Assembly (NCBI RefSeq): GCF_006345805.1
Contig: NC_043001.1
Location: 53,878,001-53,942,000, forward strand
Direction: 5' to 3'
DNA length: 64,000 bases
Source of the DNA: Octopus sinensis
Lineage: Eukaryota
The position numbers and the translations under genes are program-made. Below are positions 1 through 11,936 of this stretch, piece after piece. How positions within the stretch are numbered: position 1 is the first letter of the stretch; every line of letters starts with the position of its first letter. A model generated the notes under the pieces. That model saw nothing but the letters and a program-made list of their open reading frames with translations, made no database searches and was not told the origin of the DNA.

Positions 1-60
1 CTTTCGTTTTTGGTACTGGTTAATTTGTGAGTATCTTTTCTTTTTGATGGTTTGATCTAT

Positions 61-135
61 CAGATCACAACAATGTAGGACATACCCCTTTGAGAATACC
101 ACATGCACCAATGATAACTGCATGGTATCTAAGGT
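61..135 (+). mobile_element. Short fragment of the Penelope-like element family also found at 10.1-12.9 kb
   Basis: caacaatgtaggacatacccctttgagaataccacatgcaccaatgataactgcatggtat aligns by eye to 12484-12549 (zinc-knuckle region ahead of GIY-YIG). Confidence 0.75.
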
Positions 136-324
136 ACTCACACATACAAACACACAAACACGCGAATACGCCGAATACATAGATACGTACAAACATACAC
201 ACATGCATACATATATATATATATATATATATATGCATATACACACATACACACATACATACTTACATATGTGTATAGACATGCACACTGACGCACACGC
301 AGGCGCACAAACAAGCAAACAAAA

Positions 325-482
325 AGAACGCAGCTCTGATAACGGACAGAGTCAGCGACTATTGACAGGGTTGCAAACCCCAACGAAACTTTTAGAGAAA
401 AATAAATAAGTAAATGAGTGGAAACCGGTGAGCGTGTTAAATAATAGCGCGCTAAAAGAAAATGACTCTCCCCAGACACAAT
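325..482. repeat. Dispersed repeat family, also at ~9400-9530 (opposite orientation) and forming the palindrome at 49856-50056
   Basis: Shared motif aaataa..taaatgagtggaaac..gtgag.gtgttaaat..ta..gc..aaagaaaat.actctcc.cagacac with 49975-50052; 330-420 matches the reverse complement of 9425-9530. Confidence 0.7.
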
Positions 483-737
483 AACATATATTTATATATC
501 ATGGGTGCGTCGTAGGTTAAGCGAGTTAAGCTTCATACTGGTAAAAAGGGATAAATCTATCTCTGAAACAATGAATTCATGAAGATGATCAACCAGATAC
601 CCACGGATACTACAGGCTGTGCTTTAGGGATCTCAGGAATGCGTACTGTGATCTCAAGAGACATGCGTTTTGTAGACACGCGTAGCGATGCATTAAATGT
701 TTATAAATTCTATCTAAGGATTATTGTTATTAATATA

Positions 738-838
738 TATGTATGTACGTATGTATGTATTATGCATGCATGCATGTATGTATGTATGTATGTATGTATG
801 TATGTATGTATGTATGTATGTATGTATGTATGTATGTA
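738..838. repeat. (TATG)n microsatellite
   Basis: Direct reading. Confidence 0.95.
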
Positions 839-1010
839 CCTCTGTGTGACCTAACAATTTACATCCCTTAGGAATTACCAACCAAATGTCCCTTACTCTT
901 TTAAATATGGAATGTAATTGCGAATTTAAATTCAACTTCCCAATTGCAATTTCAAAACTTTAAGACGATGTAATTTTAGATTTTTTATTTTATTTTATTT
1001 TTTTTTACAG

Positions 1011-1053
1011 ATCATTGAATGTCTCACGAACAACGTCTGAATAATCAGTCAAG
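1011..1053 (+). CDS. Candidate first coding exon (ATG at 1019; MSHEQRLNNQS..), product unknown
   Basis: Long T-rich tract ending tacag|, donor aag|gtaaac, in-frame TGA immediately before the ATG. No homology recognised. Confidence 0.3.
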
Positions 1054-1114
1054 GTAAACATTTATTCCTTCTGAAAATTAAAATGTTGCTGAAATAGAAT
1101 CGTTTGCATGTACG

Positions 1115-1147
<33 letters not shown>

Positions 1148-1316
1148 TAGTGTGATATATTATAATATAATATAATATAATATAAAAATACTTATCCTGT
1201 CCGATTAAAGAAAATAAAAGTTTAAAATATCTTTAGACACACTTCCTTCCTGTTTCCACTTTTACATTTTACCTATAACTTTTCATTTGTATGGATTCTT
1301 AACTCGTTTTCAACTA

Positions 1317-1347
<31 letters not shown>

Positions 1348-1474
1348 GCATTTGCATACATATATAAACACATGTGCATATACGTGTGTGGGTATGCATG
1401 AATATATGTATGTATTTATGGACTCATAGGGATATACATATAGTATGTACTATACTTGAAAAATACATAACTTT

Positions 1475-1650
1475 AAGGAGGCGAGCTGGCAGGATTGTAT
1501 GTACATCGGCCACGGTCTTCACGGTCTGAATTCAAATTTCCCAGAGAACTTTGCCTTTCAACATTCCGGCGTCGATAAAATAAGTCAGTACAATTGACAT
1601 ACCCACTCCTCCGAAATTACTTTCTTCGTGCCAAAATTTGGAATCAATAT
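1475..1650 (+). mobile_element. tRNA-derived SINE, family A (degenerate)
   Basis: gaggcgagctggcag head, ttcaaatt B-box-like, tttgcctttca..gtcgataaaataag body, gtgccaaaatttggaatcaatatt tail, shared with many copies in this window. Confidence 0.8.
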
Positions 1651-3190
1651 TACATTCTTTAGCACGAATTTATACTTATTTTAAATTGAGTTACGTCTAC
1701 CTTCGTTCTTTCTTTCATTTTTATTATTCATTTATTTTATTTTTCTTTAAATTTCCATTGGAGACTCAACGGAATTCTGCTTCGTTCGTCGTTTTCCTTT
1801 AATTTTAATCCGTTTACACTGATTGGGTTTCATTCCTTTATTCTCAAGATCCTGTTCGTTTCATGTTAAACAGCATCTTGTTTTGGTGCATTCTATATAT
1901 TCGTTCCAATCTTCTTTACCCTTTCTTTGATTCTTCCATCCCAACTTCCTGTACTGTTTTTGAATTTTTCTGTATAGTCTAATTGTTTTGTACAAATGTC
2001 TTCTTTTATTGTCTAATTTCTTCTTGCATCCTAATTCCATTATTTCTTTTTGTTTTTATTTTGTTCAAAATTATATTTTCTATGATATTTCACGAAAAAT
2101 GTCTTGAAAATATCAGTGATTGGAAAATCAATGTTTTTTTGTTTGTATCCAGTTTGGGGTTAATTATGACATTTCTGAGCTAAAAGAATAGCTTTTCAAA
2201 ATAAATCAGAATTATTTTATCAGTTATTTGATGTTCTTTATGTATACATGTGCGTATAGTAGATCAATTACCAGACGGTTTCTTAGAAAATAATTCCAAA
2301 ATATTTTATAAACATTACACGTAAACAATTGAATTAGTTATATGATACCATATGTTTTTACCTTCCACGATATCTGAAGTTCCATAAACTCATTTCAAAA
2401 AATGAAATTTTTTATATGAGGTATTTCAAAAAACAATATTTGAATATATATAATATATACATTTCACACCTGAGAAAGATGCGGTAGAAAGTACGCCGCA
2501 GGGGGAGAGTTTTGTGTTTGACAATGAAGGGCAAATAAAGAAGAAATCAGACACAGGAAGAGTTTGAGAAAAAAATACAGACAGAAAATCCAGAGAAACT
2601 GATGAAGAAAGGCAAATTTACTACATGTCACAGAAACACGCCTACACTACTTTCAATTTTCTTGAATGTTGATTGCTTTCACCCAATATGGAACTTGTAA
2701 CCAGAATTTCTTATACGTTTATTATTCGTGTCTCAATTGTGGGATTATTTTAAGTAAATTTTGACAAATATCTCAATTGAATCTTGGTGAATTTCTTTCA
2801 AAGAATTGTGAATAAGAGTTTACGAAATAGAGTCAAACATCTTTAGATGTTTTCATGGCTAACGAAGTCCAACAGGTTGGATCTTGCGTGGTGACAAACA
2901 TGAACAAATAGGTATATAAAGTATACCTGTGCACGTATACACGTTGATAACAGTGTAGATGTGCGTCCGTGTGTGTACATTAAATACCAAGTTATTTACC
3001 TAATTTTATATTTCAGCAACATATCAAACCTCTCCCTCTTTCTTACACGCGCAATCTCTCTCTCTCTCTCTCTCTCTCTCAATCGATCTATCTATGTTTA
3101 TATATATATATAGGTCAGTAAATGGTGGGGTGTATGTATGTATGCATGTATGCATGTATGTATATATATATGTATATATATATATATTAT

Positions 3191-3239
<49 letters not shown>

Positions 3240-3467
3240 AGAGAGAGAGAGAGATAAAGGGAGAAAGTGAGAAAGACAGAGAGGCCAACCTCACCATACA
3301 TATTCAAGCATATATATACACACATGCAACTGTCACCATATATGCAAAAGAAATTGCAATAATAAAATAATACCGAGACGACGTATGTTCTAAGTTTAAA
3401 AAAACGTAACACCATCAACAGCAACAAAAACAATAACATTAATAATGTCAGTAATAATAATGATGAT

Positions 3468-3760
3468 GAGTATATATAGAAAATGGCAAAGTACCAGGAG
3501 CTAGCAATTGAGTTACAGAGACTATGGGAGGTGAAGGTAAAGTGTAGCCCTGTAGTTATATGTGCATTATAAAGATTTGAACAGATGGATAGATGATATA
3601 GGTATGAAGCCCAGTGCAGCATAGTTCCAGGAAGCAGAGTTATTAGAGACAGGTTAGGAGGCTTAGGAGGGTTCTTGGCATTTAAGGTTACTTGTTATAG
3701 CCCGACGTTAGGAATTTTTCCTTTTCAACAGTTTAATTTGATGTGAATATATGAAACAGT
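3468..3760 (+). mobile_element. 3' end of an R4/Dong-like non-LTR retrotransposon (restriction-like endonuclease C-terminus)
   Basis: Translation KMAKYQELAIELQRLWEVKVKCSPVVICAL..QEAELLET(G)..RRLRRVLGI* matches the RLE C-terminal pattern KYxxLAxEIxRLW..PVVIGALG..LQKxALLGTARILRKVL; frameshifted. Confidence 0.8.
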
Positions 3761-3762
3761 AA

Positions 3763-3903
3763 GAAGAAGAAGAAGAAGAAGAAGAAGGAAGAAGAAGAAG
3801 AAGAAGAAGAAGAAGAAGAAGAGGAGAAGAAGAAGAAGAAGAAGAAGAAGAAGAAGAAGAAGAAGAAGAAGAAGAAGAAGAAGAAGAAGAAGAAGAAGAA
3901 GAA
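3763..3903. repeat. (GAA)n microsatellite directly 3' of the R4-like fragment
   Basis: Direct reading. Confidence 0.95.
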
Positions 3904-4482
3904 TGTGATGATGACGTAAATGATCATGGTAGGAAATAATAGCAACACTTTACCAAGATTTAATAGCGCTTATCAGAAAGTGAACTAAAACAATAGGTCG
4001 ATGTCTCTGATATTTATATTATTATACAATATATTATACAATAACATATATTGAATCTGATATATAATATCATATTCAATATTCTTCCTCTTGGGTAGAC
4101 AATGTCTGGTCTATAAAATTTGTAAAATGCAAAACAAGTAGTACAGTATATATATATATAAGAGATGTGTTCGAAACGTTGCTATGATAACGAAGCTAAA
4201 GAACGCAGAGTGAAGTCGCTTGGCACTGACTAAACGTGAAGTCTGTCGCATATGTACACATAGCTATAACATTCTCACTCACGTTTGTTGTTTATAGCAA
4301 TGCTTGTCTGAAAAGTGTTTAGAGCGTGGTCGTCTCAAACATGGAATCGGGTTCCAGCTGCGCAGGATCTCCTCGATTGTGTCGAAGAGAAGAAAAAGTG
4401 TTTTAAAACGTCCGTAAGATGTGACAAATGGTTGGTCTATGGATAGGACACTGAAACCAAAGTTCTAGCTTCATATTGGAAG

Positions 4483-4641
4483 ACCCTAAAATGATTTCAA
4501 GTCATCGTGGAATTCCCAACAAATGTAATCAAGCAGCTGCCTGCCCTCCCCAAAAGGATTTTCAGGAATACTTCCATCAATGGAAACAGCTTTGGATAAA
4601 GTGAGTGGATTCAAGGGGAATTATTTGGAAGGAGATTAAAT
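4483..4641 (+). mobile_element. Mariner-type transposase C-terminal relic
   Basis: Frameshifted translation ..KQLPALPKxxFQEYFHQWKQLWIK*VDS(K)GNYLEGD* matches the mariner C-terminus FQxWKxRWxKCVxxxGxYFEGD*. Confidence 0.7.
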
Positions 4642-4758
4642 GAAGAATTGATATGTGTTGTATTTTTCATTTAACTATTTATCAGAGCTTATATATATAT
4701 ATATATATATATATATACTTTTATTCTTCTATTCTTCTAATTATTTCAATTATTTGAC

Positions 4759-4805
<47 letters not shown>

Positions 4806-4971
4806 GTTTGTATGGTGTTGGATTCTTCCCACGTCAGTTTTGCAGACGTCAGTGTTGCAGTGTTGCAGAGAGGGCAACCGTGCCCCACTTATAGAAGTCC
4901 ATAAGATTACAATCGGAGAAATTAGGAAGGCAGAATCTAGATCGTGAAATCGTAGTAATTCTCTAACAAAA

Positions 4972-5056
4972 CATCAGTTACCCGCGGTTTCGCACCAAGG
5001 AGCCTAATCATGCTGCCCCACATATAGCCTCCCAGCAGTAACTCTCATCAGTCAGA
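4972..5056 (-). ncRNA. Degenerate hammerhead-like motif
   Basis: Minus strand CUGAUGAG...long hairpin...CGAAAC-CGCGG-GUA with palindromic CCGCGG; stem I does not pair well. Confidence 0.35.
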
Positions 5057-5869
5057 GATTGATTACATTTGCCTGCAGCTTCGCATATACTTATGAATTT
5101 ATCCTTATACTCTGTTCTAAGATGTGTAGAAGAACGACTCTTGTATCCCTACCTGCTGAGCACAGCTTCATAGTCTCGGTTGCAGCTATACACCTTATAC
5201 ATCTTTAAAGTGTTCACAGATCACTGAGTAGCAGTCATACTATCGGTATCTTAATACTTGGCGCGATTCATCATGATACAGGTAACTCTTTTACAAAAGC
5301 CGAATGACTGGCATCCTTCCATGTCAACTAACGTTTTCTAAGCTACAAAATTAATCTTTATGCTATCCGAGGCCGTTGACTCCTAACCAATACATCAATC
5401 TGTTCTTGAAACAAGGAGACAAAAACTCGTAAAATTTATACAGAACATCTTGTGTGTGTGTGTAGGGGGGGGGGCGTATACAACACGTACACAACCACAT
5501 TTACATATACATGAAGTTAGTCGTATATTAAGAGGAAAGTGTGAAGAAAAAAGTATAATAGGGTGATCGATCAATTGCTTGAATTATTGTTTCTTTGCTG
5601 CAATACATATTCTGGGGATTCTGGTGGAATATAATTCTAGATATCTAGCCATACGATATGTATAAACATGATTTAGGAAAACTTGTTTAGTTATTCAACG
5701 ACCCATGCATCTTAAATGTTACATGCACGTATGTATATATACATTACATAATATACATATACACATATGCATATATAAGTATATGCATATATACATATAT
5801 ATATATATATGTGTGTGTGGTGTATATGTATAAACACATCTGTATGTGTGTATGCATAGATAAATATAA

Positions 5870-5876
5870 ATAAATG

Positions 5877-5911
<35 letters not shown>

Positions 5912-5916
5912 ATATA

Positions 5917-5977
<61 letters not shown>
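5870..5977. repeat. (TA)n microsatellite
   Basis: Direct reading. Confidence 0.95.
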
Positions 5978-5981
<4 letters not shown>

Positions 5982-6589
5982 CTGTATGATAATATTTTGA
6001 AATCATTTAATTCTAAATATTATCATTTGATTTGTCCTCATTACCATACATTGTACTACGCGACGTCAATACAATCTAGCCTGTCCCAACTCAATTTATG
6101 CGGAGATTCTAACAAAGATTTTGAGTATTGTGTTACATTTAACTCGTTTCGAAAATTGTGGCTATGTGCATCGCTTCTAAAAATATATTTTTATGTGCAA
6201 GAGTATATGTGTGTGTGAGAGGGAGAGAGCGCGAGAGTGAGAGTCTGTGCTTGTGTGTATGCATGTATTTGTACACACAAGTTTATACATACACATATGT
6301 ATACATTTATATATATATATATAATATGTGTGTGGGTGTGCGTGCATATGCGTGCATGTGCGTATGTGTGTATTATGTATGTATATAGAATCAGTTGTGG
6401 GTTTAGTTAAAACTAGATATTTTAATGTCCAAGACACCAGGAAAGCGTGGAGTATCACTAGTACGCAGAAGACCCAAATATCCAAATATACAACACAATA
6501 TACGCGTATATATACAGACAGACACATTCATTCATTCATACATGCATACATACATACATACATACATACATACATACATACATACATAC

Positions 6590-7420
6590 ACTGTAAATTG
6601 ATCCAATCCTGTAAAAAAGCCCTCGATCAAATATGCCTAACAGCAGATATAGGAATTAGTATGTCCTCTGGTTCAACACGATTTTCGGTTCGCGTGTTCC
6701 AACGAAGATCGCTGGAAAGTTTCCTGCGACTTTGGACAAATGTTTTCCAAAATGTAATGGATATCATGATATTTATAATTGGCACACCGTTAAGGTATCC
6801 TACGCTAACTATGCTAATTTTGAGCAGCTTATGCACCGCATAAACAATAATAAAATGCGATTAAGTTCCAATAGCCCACCTGATGGGTCTAGCGCGCATA
6901 CGTATCTAAATACCAACGAAGGAGATGTAAAACATAATGAAAAACATCAGTTACGGTCAAATTGTAATAGTAGAAATGCTTATGATACAGCTAACAGAGT
7001 AACAATGTCGGAACCTCTATATATAGATATTAATATAATTAATGCTCGTGTAAAGAAAAATCTAAATGCCTATTGATGAACCTCAGTATGAGTACATATC
7101 TTATATATAAATGTATATAAATGTACACCAGGGGAGGGTCGTATGCTTACATTGGACAGACGGCAGATTCAGTTAAAGATCGTTATCGTAACCATGTCGA
7201 CAGCTTTAAGAGAATCAGTAAGAGAAATTCAACATGTTTCGCCGATTTTCTATGGCGACTGTAGGAGGATAAACATAATTTGGTCCATAGTAAGGCACAC
7301 AAAACTATACAATATCATTTACAGGAAATGCTATCTCTGCTTCGAGGAATCCTTGTCTATTTTGTCGATTCTGTGGAATAATGAGAAGAACATTATTAGA
7401 ATTTCTGAAAGATACCTACA
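6590..7420 (+). mobile_element. Penelope-like element (Neptune-like), linker + GIY-YIG endonuclease relic
   Basis: VLWFNTIFGSRVPTKIAGKFPATLDKCFPKCNGYHDIYNWHTVKVSYANYANFEQLMHRINNNKM (WFNPPF..HFP..NTVKVSY pattern), then YIGQTADSVKDRYRNHVDSFKR..NST..WSIV..YN..KCYLCFEE. Confidence 0.85.
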
Positions 7421-7785
7421 CGCACATAATTCTACTTTCGCACAATACAGTGGGAATGAATTTTAGTAACTGTTCACATAATTTACTTTACGGTAGGAAT
7501 GAATTAAGTTTAGCTTTAACCTCCCCATTCTTACAAACGCCAAGTAGCTATTTAACTCGCTTTGTGATCATGAGTGCACCAAACCGCACGTGTGCGTATG
7601 CTAATATTTTTGCAAGTATATTTTGAGCAAGTATACACGCGCCATGCAGCCGGGGCGAGGGCATTTATGCACCCATATTTGTTAACGGTTATTTTTAATA
7701 GTTTTCTTACTACAAAATGAGAAGATGCATTGCGAAAGTGTTATTTTAACGAGTTGTGTCTATTTATCACACGATGAGACACATC

Positions 7786-7866
7786 TGCACCGATGGATGC
7801 TCCTCAACCAGTTACGTATCCCACCGTGAGGGATTGATGGTAGATATGTCGAAATAATTGTTATAA
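7786..7866 (+). ncRNA. Possible decayed hammerhead in the 3' UTR of the Neptune-like PLE
   Basis: CCGAUGG...GUC-GAAA-UAAUUG-UUA; two core substitutions; position and strand fit a PLE 3' UTR. Confidence 0.25.
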
Positions 7867-7912
7867 TTAATAATATATTCTCGTATATTCCACCTTTCGT
7901 CTTTCATTTACC

Positions 7913-7945
<33 letters not shown>

Positions 7946-8127
7946 AAAAATATGGTAAAGTAAAAAAATTCACTTTACCACACACCGAACTTTTCAGAAA
8001 TAGCAGCCAAAAATATGGCTATTCCTTCAACTGCAAATAAAAGTCTCCAGACAATGCATACTCAGAAAATAACTCACATAGGTATAAGGGAAAAAAACAA
8101 TGAAAGATCACATCTATATACGATACC

Positions 8128-8185
8128 CGAGGACAGTCTGTTTCTGGATTTGTGGGTAAAACGCCACTTTTCCTTCATCAGCTCA
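8128..8185 (-). ncRNA. Type I hammerhead ribozyme (near-intact, palindromic stem III)
   Basis: Minus strand UGAG-CUGAUGA-A-GGA aaa GUGG cguuuuac CCAC aaa UCC-A-GAAA-CAG-A-CUG-UC/CUCG: conserved core, stem I UGAG:CUCG, two-part stem II, palindromic ACAG-A-CUGU stem III, GUC cleavage triplet. Confidence 0.65.
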
Positions 8186-8468
8186 GAGATTTCTTCTGAT
8201 TTAGATTTGAAAATACTAAGAATCAAACATACCCGTCCGATATCTGTAACATCGGACAAACCATGCCAGACACCCAGTACTAGCGAATCCAAAAATACGA
8301 ATGAGGTCTATTATTCTCCCTGTCCACCCACGTGAGTCATAGAGCATTACATTTCTACAGAGGTAAAAACTGCAGTTCAAATTCTTGGAGAGAAAAGCAT
8401 TATATTGTCATCAAAAAAAGGGGTAGAATTGTAAATGGTCTTTACATACCGAATACTGCTTGGTCGAA

Positions 8469-8500
<32 letters not shown>

Positions 8501-8769
8501 ACGTATATATACATACATATGCACACATAAGTTCATGATCGAATGCAAGTTATAAGTTCAACATATGGTTCCAGGTATGACGTTTATATAAAGTAGGAAC
8601 AAAGGGATTTTACAGGTTCACTACAGCTATTTCAGTAGTATTTCTTTATTGGTGATTAGATCGAATACATCTATAAGCTCATGATAATCGTCGATTTGTT
8701 TTTACCTTGGATGGTTTTAAACTTGGGTAGGAGAAAATTATACCTGACCGCTTGTTTCCCATGGTCCGT

Positions 8770-8920
8770 CTGAGTAAGAGATATGAAGAGCAATCGAAAG
8801 TTAATGGGATTCAATGTATATACATTGGGCAGAGCTGAGAGTAAATAACATTTTCAAAGACCTAATAACAGCATATTTATAAGCAAATGTTCCAGTTGGC
8901 GCCAAAACTTTAGTAACCTT
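8770..8920 (+). mobile_element. Possible GIY-YIG (PLE) relic
   Basis: ..SKVNGIQCIYIGQS*.. YIG motif only; heavily decayed. Confidence 0.35.
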
Positions 8921-9093
8921 CAATACACATCAGCACCCACATATTAATATTCATATATTCTCAGACATACATATATAGAGGGAGACACACATATTTACAC
9001 ATTCATATATCGTATAAACACAAATGTTATATATACACACACATTCAAACACAGTCACAAACATATACTTATCTTCATACATAGGCACACACA

Positions 9094-9124
<31 letters not shown>

Positions 9125-9139
9125 CACCACACACATACA

Positions 9140-9208
<69 letters not shown>

Positions 9209-10129
9209 ATATATAATATATATATATATATTCAGATGAATATGGTACTTAAGTTGAAGTACCAGAATTTAGTACGGTATTATCCATGCAATTTCAAAAT
9301 AAGGTGATATATATATATATGTATATATATATATAGCTTTTGTAAGTTGTACGTATATAGTATATTCAGAATGAATCCCTATATAAATAACAATACTTAT
9401 TACTTAACACAGTCACCTGTTTGATTTTCACCCATTTACTTATTTTTTCTAAAATTTTCATTGCGGCTTGCAACCTTTACAATAATTGTTGATTATGTCC
9501 GTTAGCAGAGCTGCATTCTTTTTGTTTGCTTATTTGTTTCTGCGTATTTGCGTGCGTCAGTGTTCATGTGTATGCATATATGTATGTTTGCGTGTGTATG
9601 CATGTATATGCGTTTGTGTAATCATATATATGTATGCATGTGTGTACGTTTGTATGTATATACGTATGTAATCTGCATATTCATGCGTCCGTGTGTTCAT
9701 GTTTATGTGTTTGTGTGTGTATGTGTGTAAGTACGCGTATTTGAATGTGTATTTCTTTCTCCTTGTGTATAGATGCTTGAGTGTGTCTATGTGTACGGGT
9801 TTGTGTGACTATACACGTGCCTCTGTCATGTATGGATGTGTGTGTCTCCATATGTGTCCTTTTATGTGTGTGTATTGAGCATGTGAATATATAGTCATGT
9901 ATTTCAGGTTTCAGTCTTCGTTTGTGTATGTATGTATATGTGTGTGTGATTGTCTGTCCGCATTACCTATGTACCTATCTATCAGTTTATATATATGTTT
10001 AGTTTACATATATTTTTACCTACATACATATATGTGTGTGTATATATTATATATATATAAGTCTACATAAGAGCCTACTTAGAACTCTACCTGTGTATAT
10101 ATAAACGTTGGATATTTGAGTATAACTGC

Positions 10130-11153
10130 CTCGTACGTATATTTCCTATTTAATGCTGGGGATGTTTCATTGACGAGGTCGTACTCCTGTGTTTGTCTGA
10201 GTGATGGCTGTTTCGAGTGCTTGGATAAAATTTGGATGTCACGTTGACCCAGGGTCCCTCCATGTTTGTCTTTGGCATGTTACAAGAGGATGGAGGACAT
10301 TTTTTGTCGTCATGTTGTTTAAAATGTTCATTTAGTCTCCTACTTAGAACTCTACCTGTGTATATCCTGCTCTTGTCTTTACAAGCATCCTCTATTTACC
10401 TTATACTGTAGATTACATTGCTAGTTAATGCCAGGGTTAATTTAACATAACACGCAGTTATCATTGGTGCATGTGGTATTCTCAAAGTGGTGTGTCCTGC
10501 ATCGTGCTGACTTGATGGAGCTCCCTGACTTTTCAACACTCTTAATGTTGATTTTAGCCTCCTTCAAAGATTTCCTAAATCTTCAGGCTAGGTCTGCATG
10601 GGCTGTGGACTCTACAAACATCACTACTTAATATTTATCGGTCTTGCATCACGTGTGCACCCTGTTTGTTTTTTTGTTTTGTCACAAACTCTTTGTATCC
10701 TATTGTAGTTTTTACTTCTATATCTAGGGCAGGCACCACTGGTTTAATTACATATAATGCTAACTTCTATCTAGCTCTCCTGTGTACCCGAGCCCTATCT
10801 TTCTGGTTATATCCAGACAATTGCATACGGTGCATGAAGATCTGAACTTGTTTCTTTGTTTCATAGGGTTTGCATAGTGGGGACACGCTGCTCGTTATCC
10901 TAACTTGCTATCAGTATTCTTCTATTCTTCTCTCTGTTTCAGTCATTTCATTGCGGCCATGCTGGTGCCTTTCATTCTAGTAAATCGACTCCAGGACTTA
11001 TTCTTTATAAGCATAGTACTTATTCTCTCGGTTACTTTTACCGACCCGATAAGTTACAGGCACGTAAACACAACAACGTCGGTTGTCAAGCGATGGTGGG
11101 AGGACAAACACAGACACAGACACAAATTTACACACAGACACATAAGTACATTC

Positions 11154-11213
<60 letters not shown>

Positions 11214-11897
11214 GACGGTCTTCTTTCACTTTCCGTCTACGAAATCCACTCACAAGGATTTGGTCGGCCCGAGGCTAAAGTAGAAGACACTTGTCCAAGG
11301 TGCGACGCAGTGACACTGAACCCGGAACCATGTGGTTGGTAAGCAAGCTACGTACCACAGAAATATTGTTTGAGTTTTCTGCCTCACAAGGTCATGAAGA
11401 CGCCGGCTACATCTCCATCCACACCGACACCAATGGCTGCACCTTCAACCTGCATGTATGGTTTCCTGTTAAACTTTACTATGTATTTCTTCAAGGTGAT
11501 TCTTTTGCCAGCCCCTATTGCATGTGCAATCATTCTTTTCACGTGACTGTTGTTCTCAAGGTCTTGGTGGGTATTGTCCAGTCACTCACTGCCGCATTGA
11601 TAGTCGGTGTTTTCCCTTCTGTGATCTGGTGGGCAGAATCTACTAAGATTGTCCAGGTAGTTACAGTCATGGCTTAGTTTGAGGAGACCCAGTTCCTTTG
11701 TGTTGACTTCACAGAACTCTACTTCACTCTCACATATAATCTCAATGCATTTTTCCACAGCAAAATGTATGTATATAGATGGGTAGATTGAAACAACATC
11801 CATACTACCAACTACGCAACTTGTGGGGTCGTTGGAGTGGTTGCGACTTCTGATTTTACTGAGAAGAACTCGTATAGTGTAGGAACATCGTTGTTGA
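10130..11897 (-). mobile_element. Penelope-like element, RT + GIY-YIG relic, interrupted by a SINE
   Basis: Minus strand: VGSMDVVSIYPSI..HFAVEKCIEII (RT motif A), KFNRKPYMQVEGAAIGVGVDGDVAGVFM (motif B), then after the SINE FVEST.HADLA..RKSLKEAKINIK..TCTNDNC..NVIYSI..IYTG..RRLNEHLKQH. Confidence 0.85.
10930..11350 (-). mobile_element. CORE-type tRNA-derived SINE, family B, with internal (TA)n
   Basis: Minus strand head ctgtggtacgtagcttgcttaccaaccacatggttccgggttcagt, CORE-like caccttggacaagtgtcttctact, tail ..catggccgcaatgaaatgactgaaac. Confidence 0.85.
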
Positions 11898-11936
11898 CTG
11901 ATTGGAAATTTCATAATATCCGTTTCTTCCGAACAT

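Noticed and set aside
8600-8660. Further hammerhead remnant (minus strand ccaataaagaaat..ctgaaatagctgtag)
   Set aside because: CUGAUGA core too degraded to support a call.
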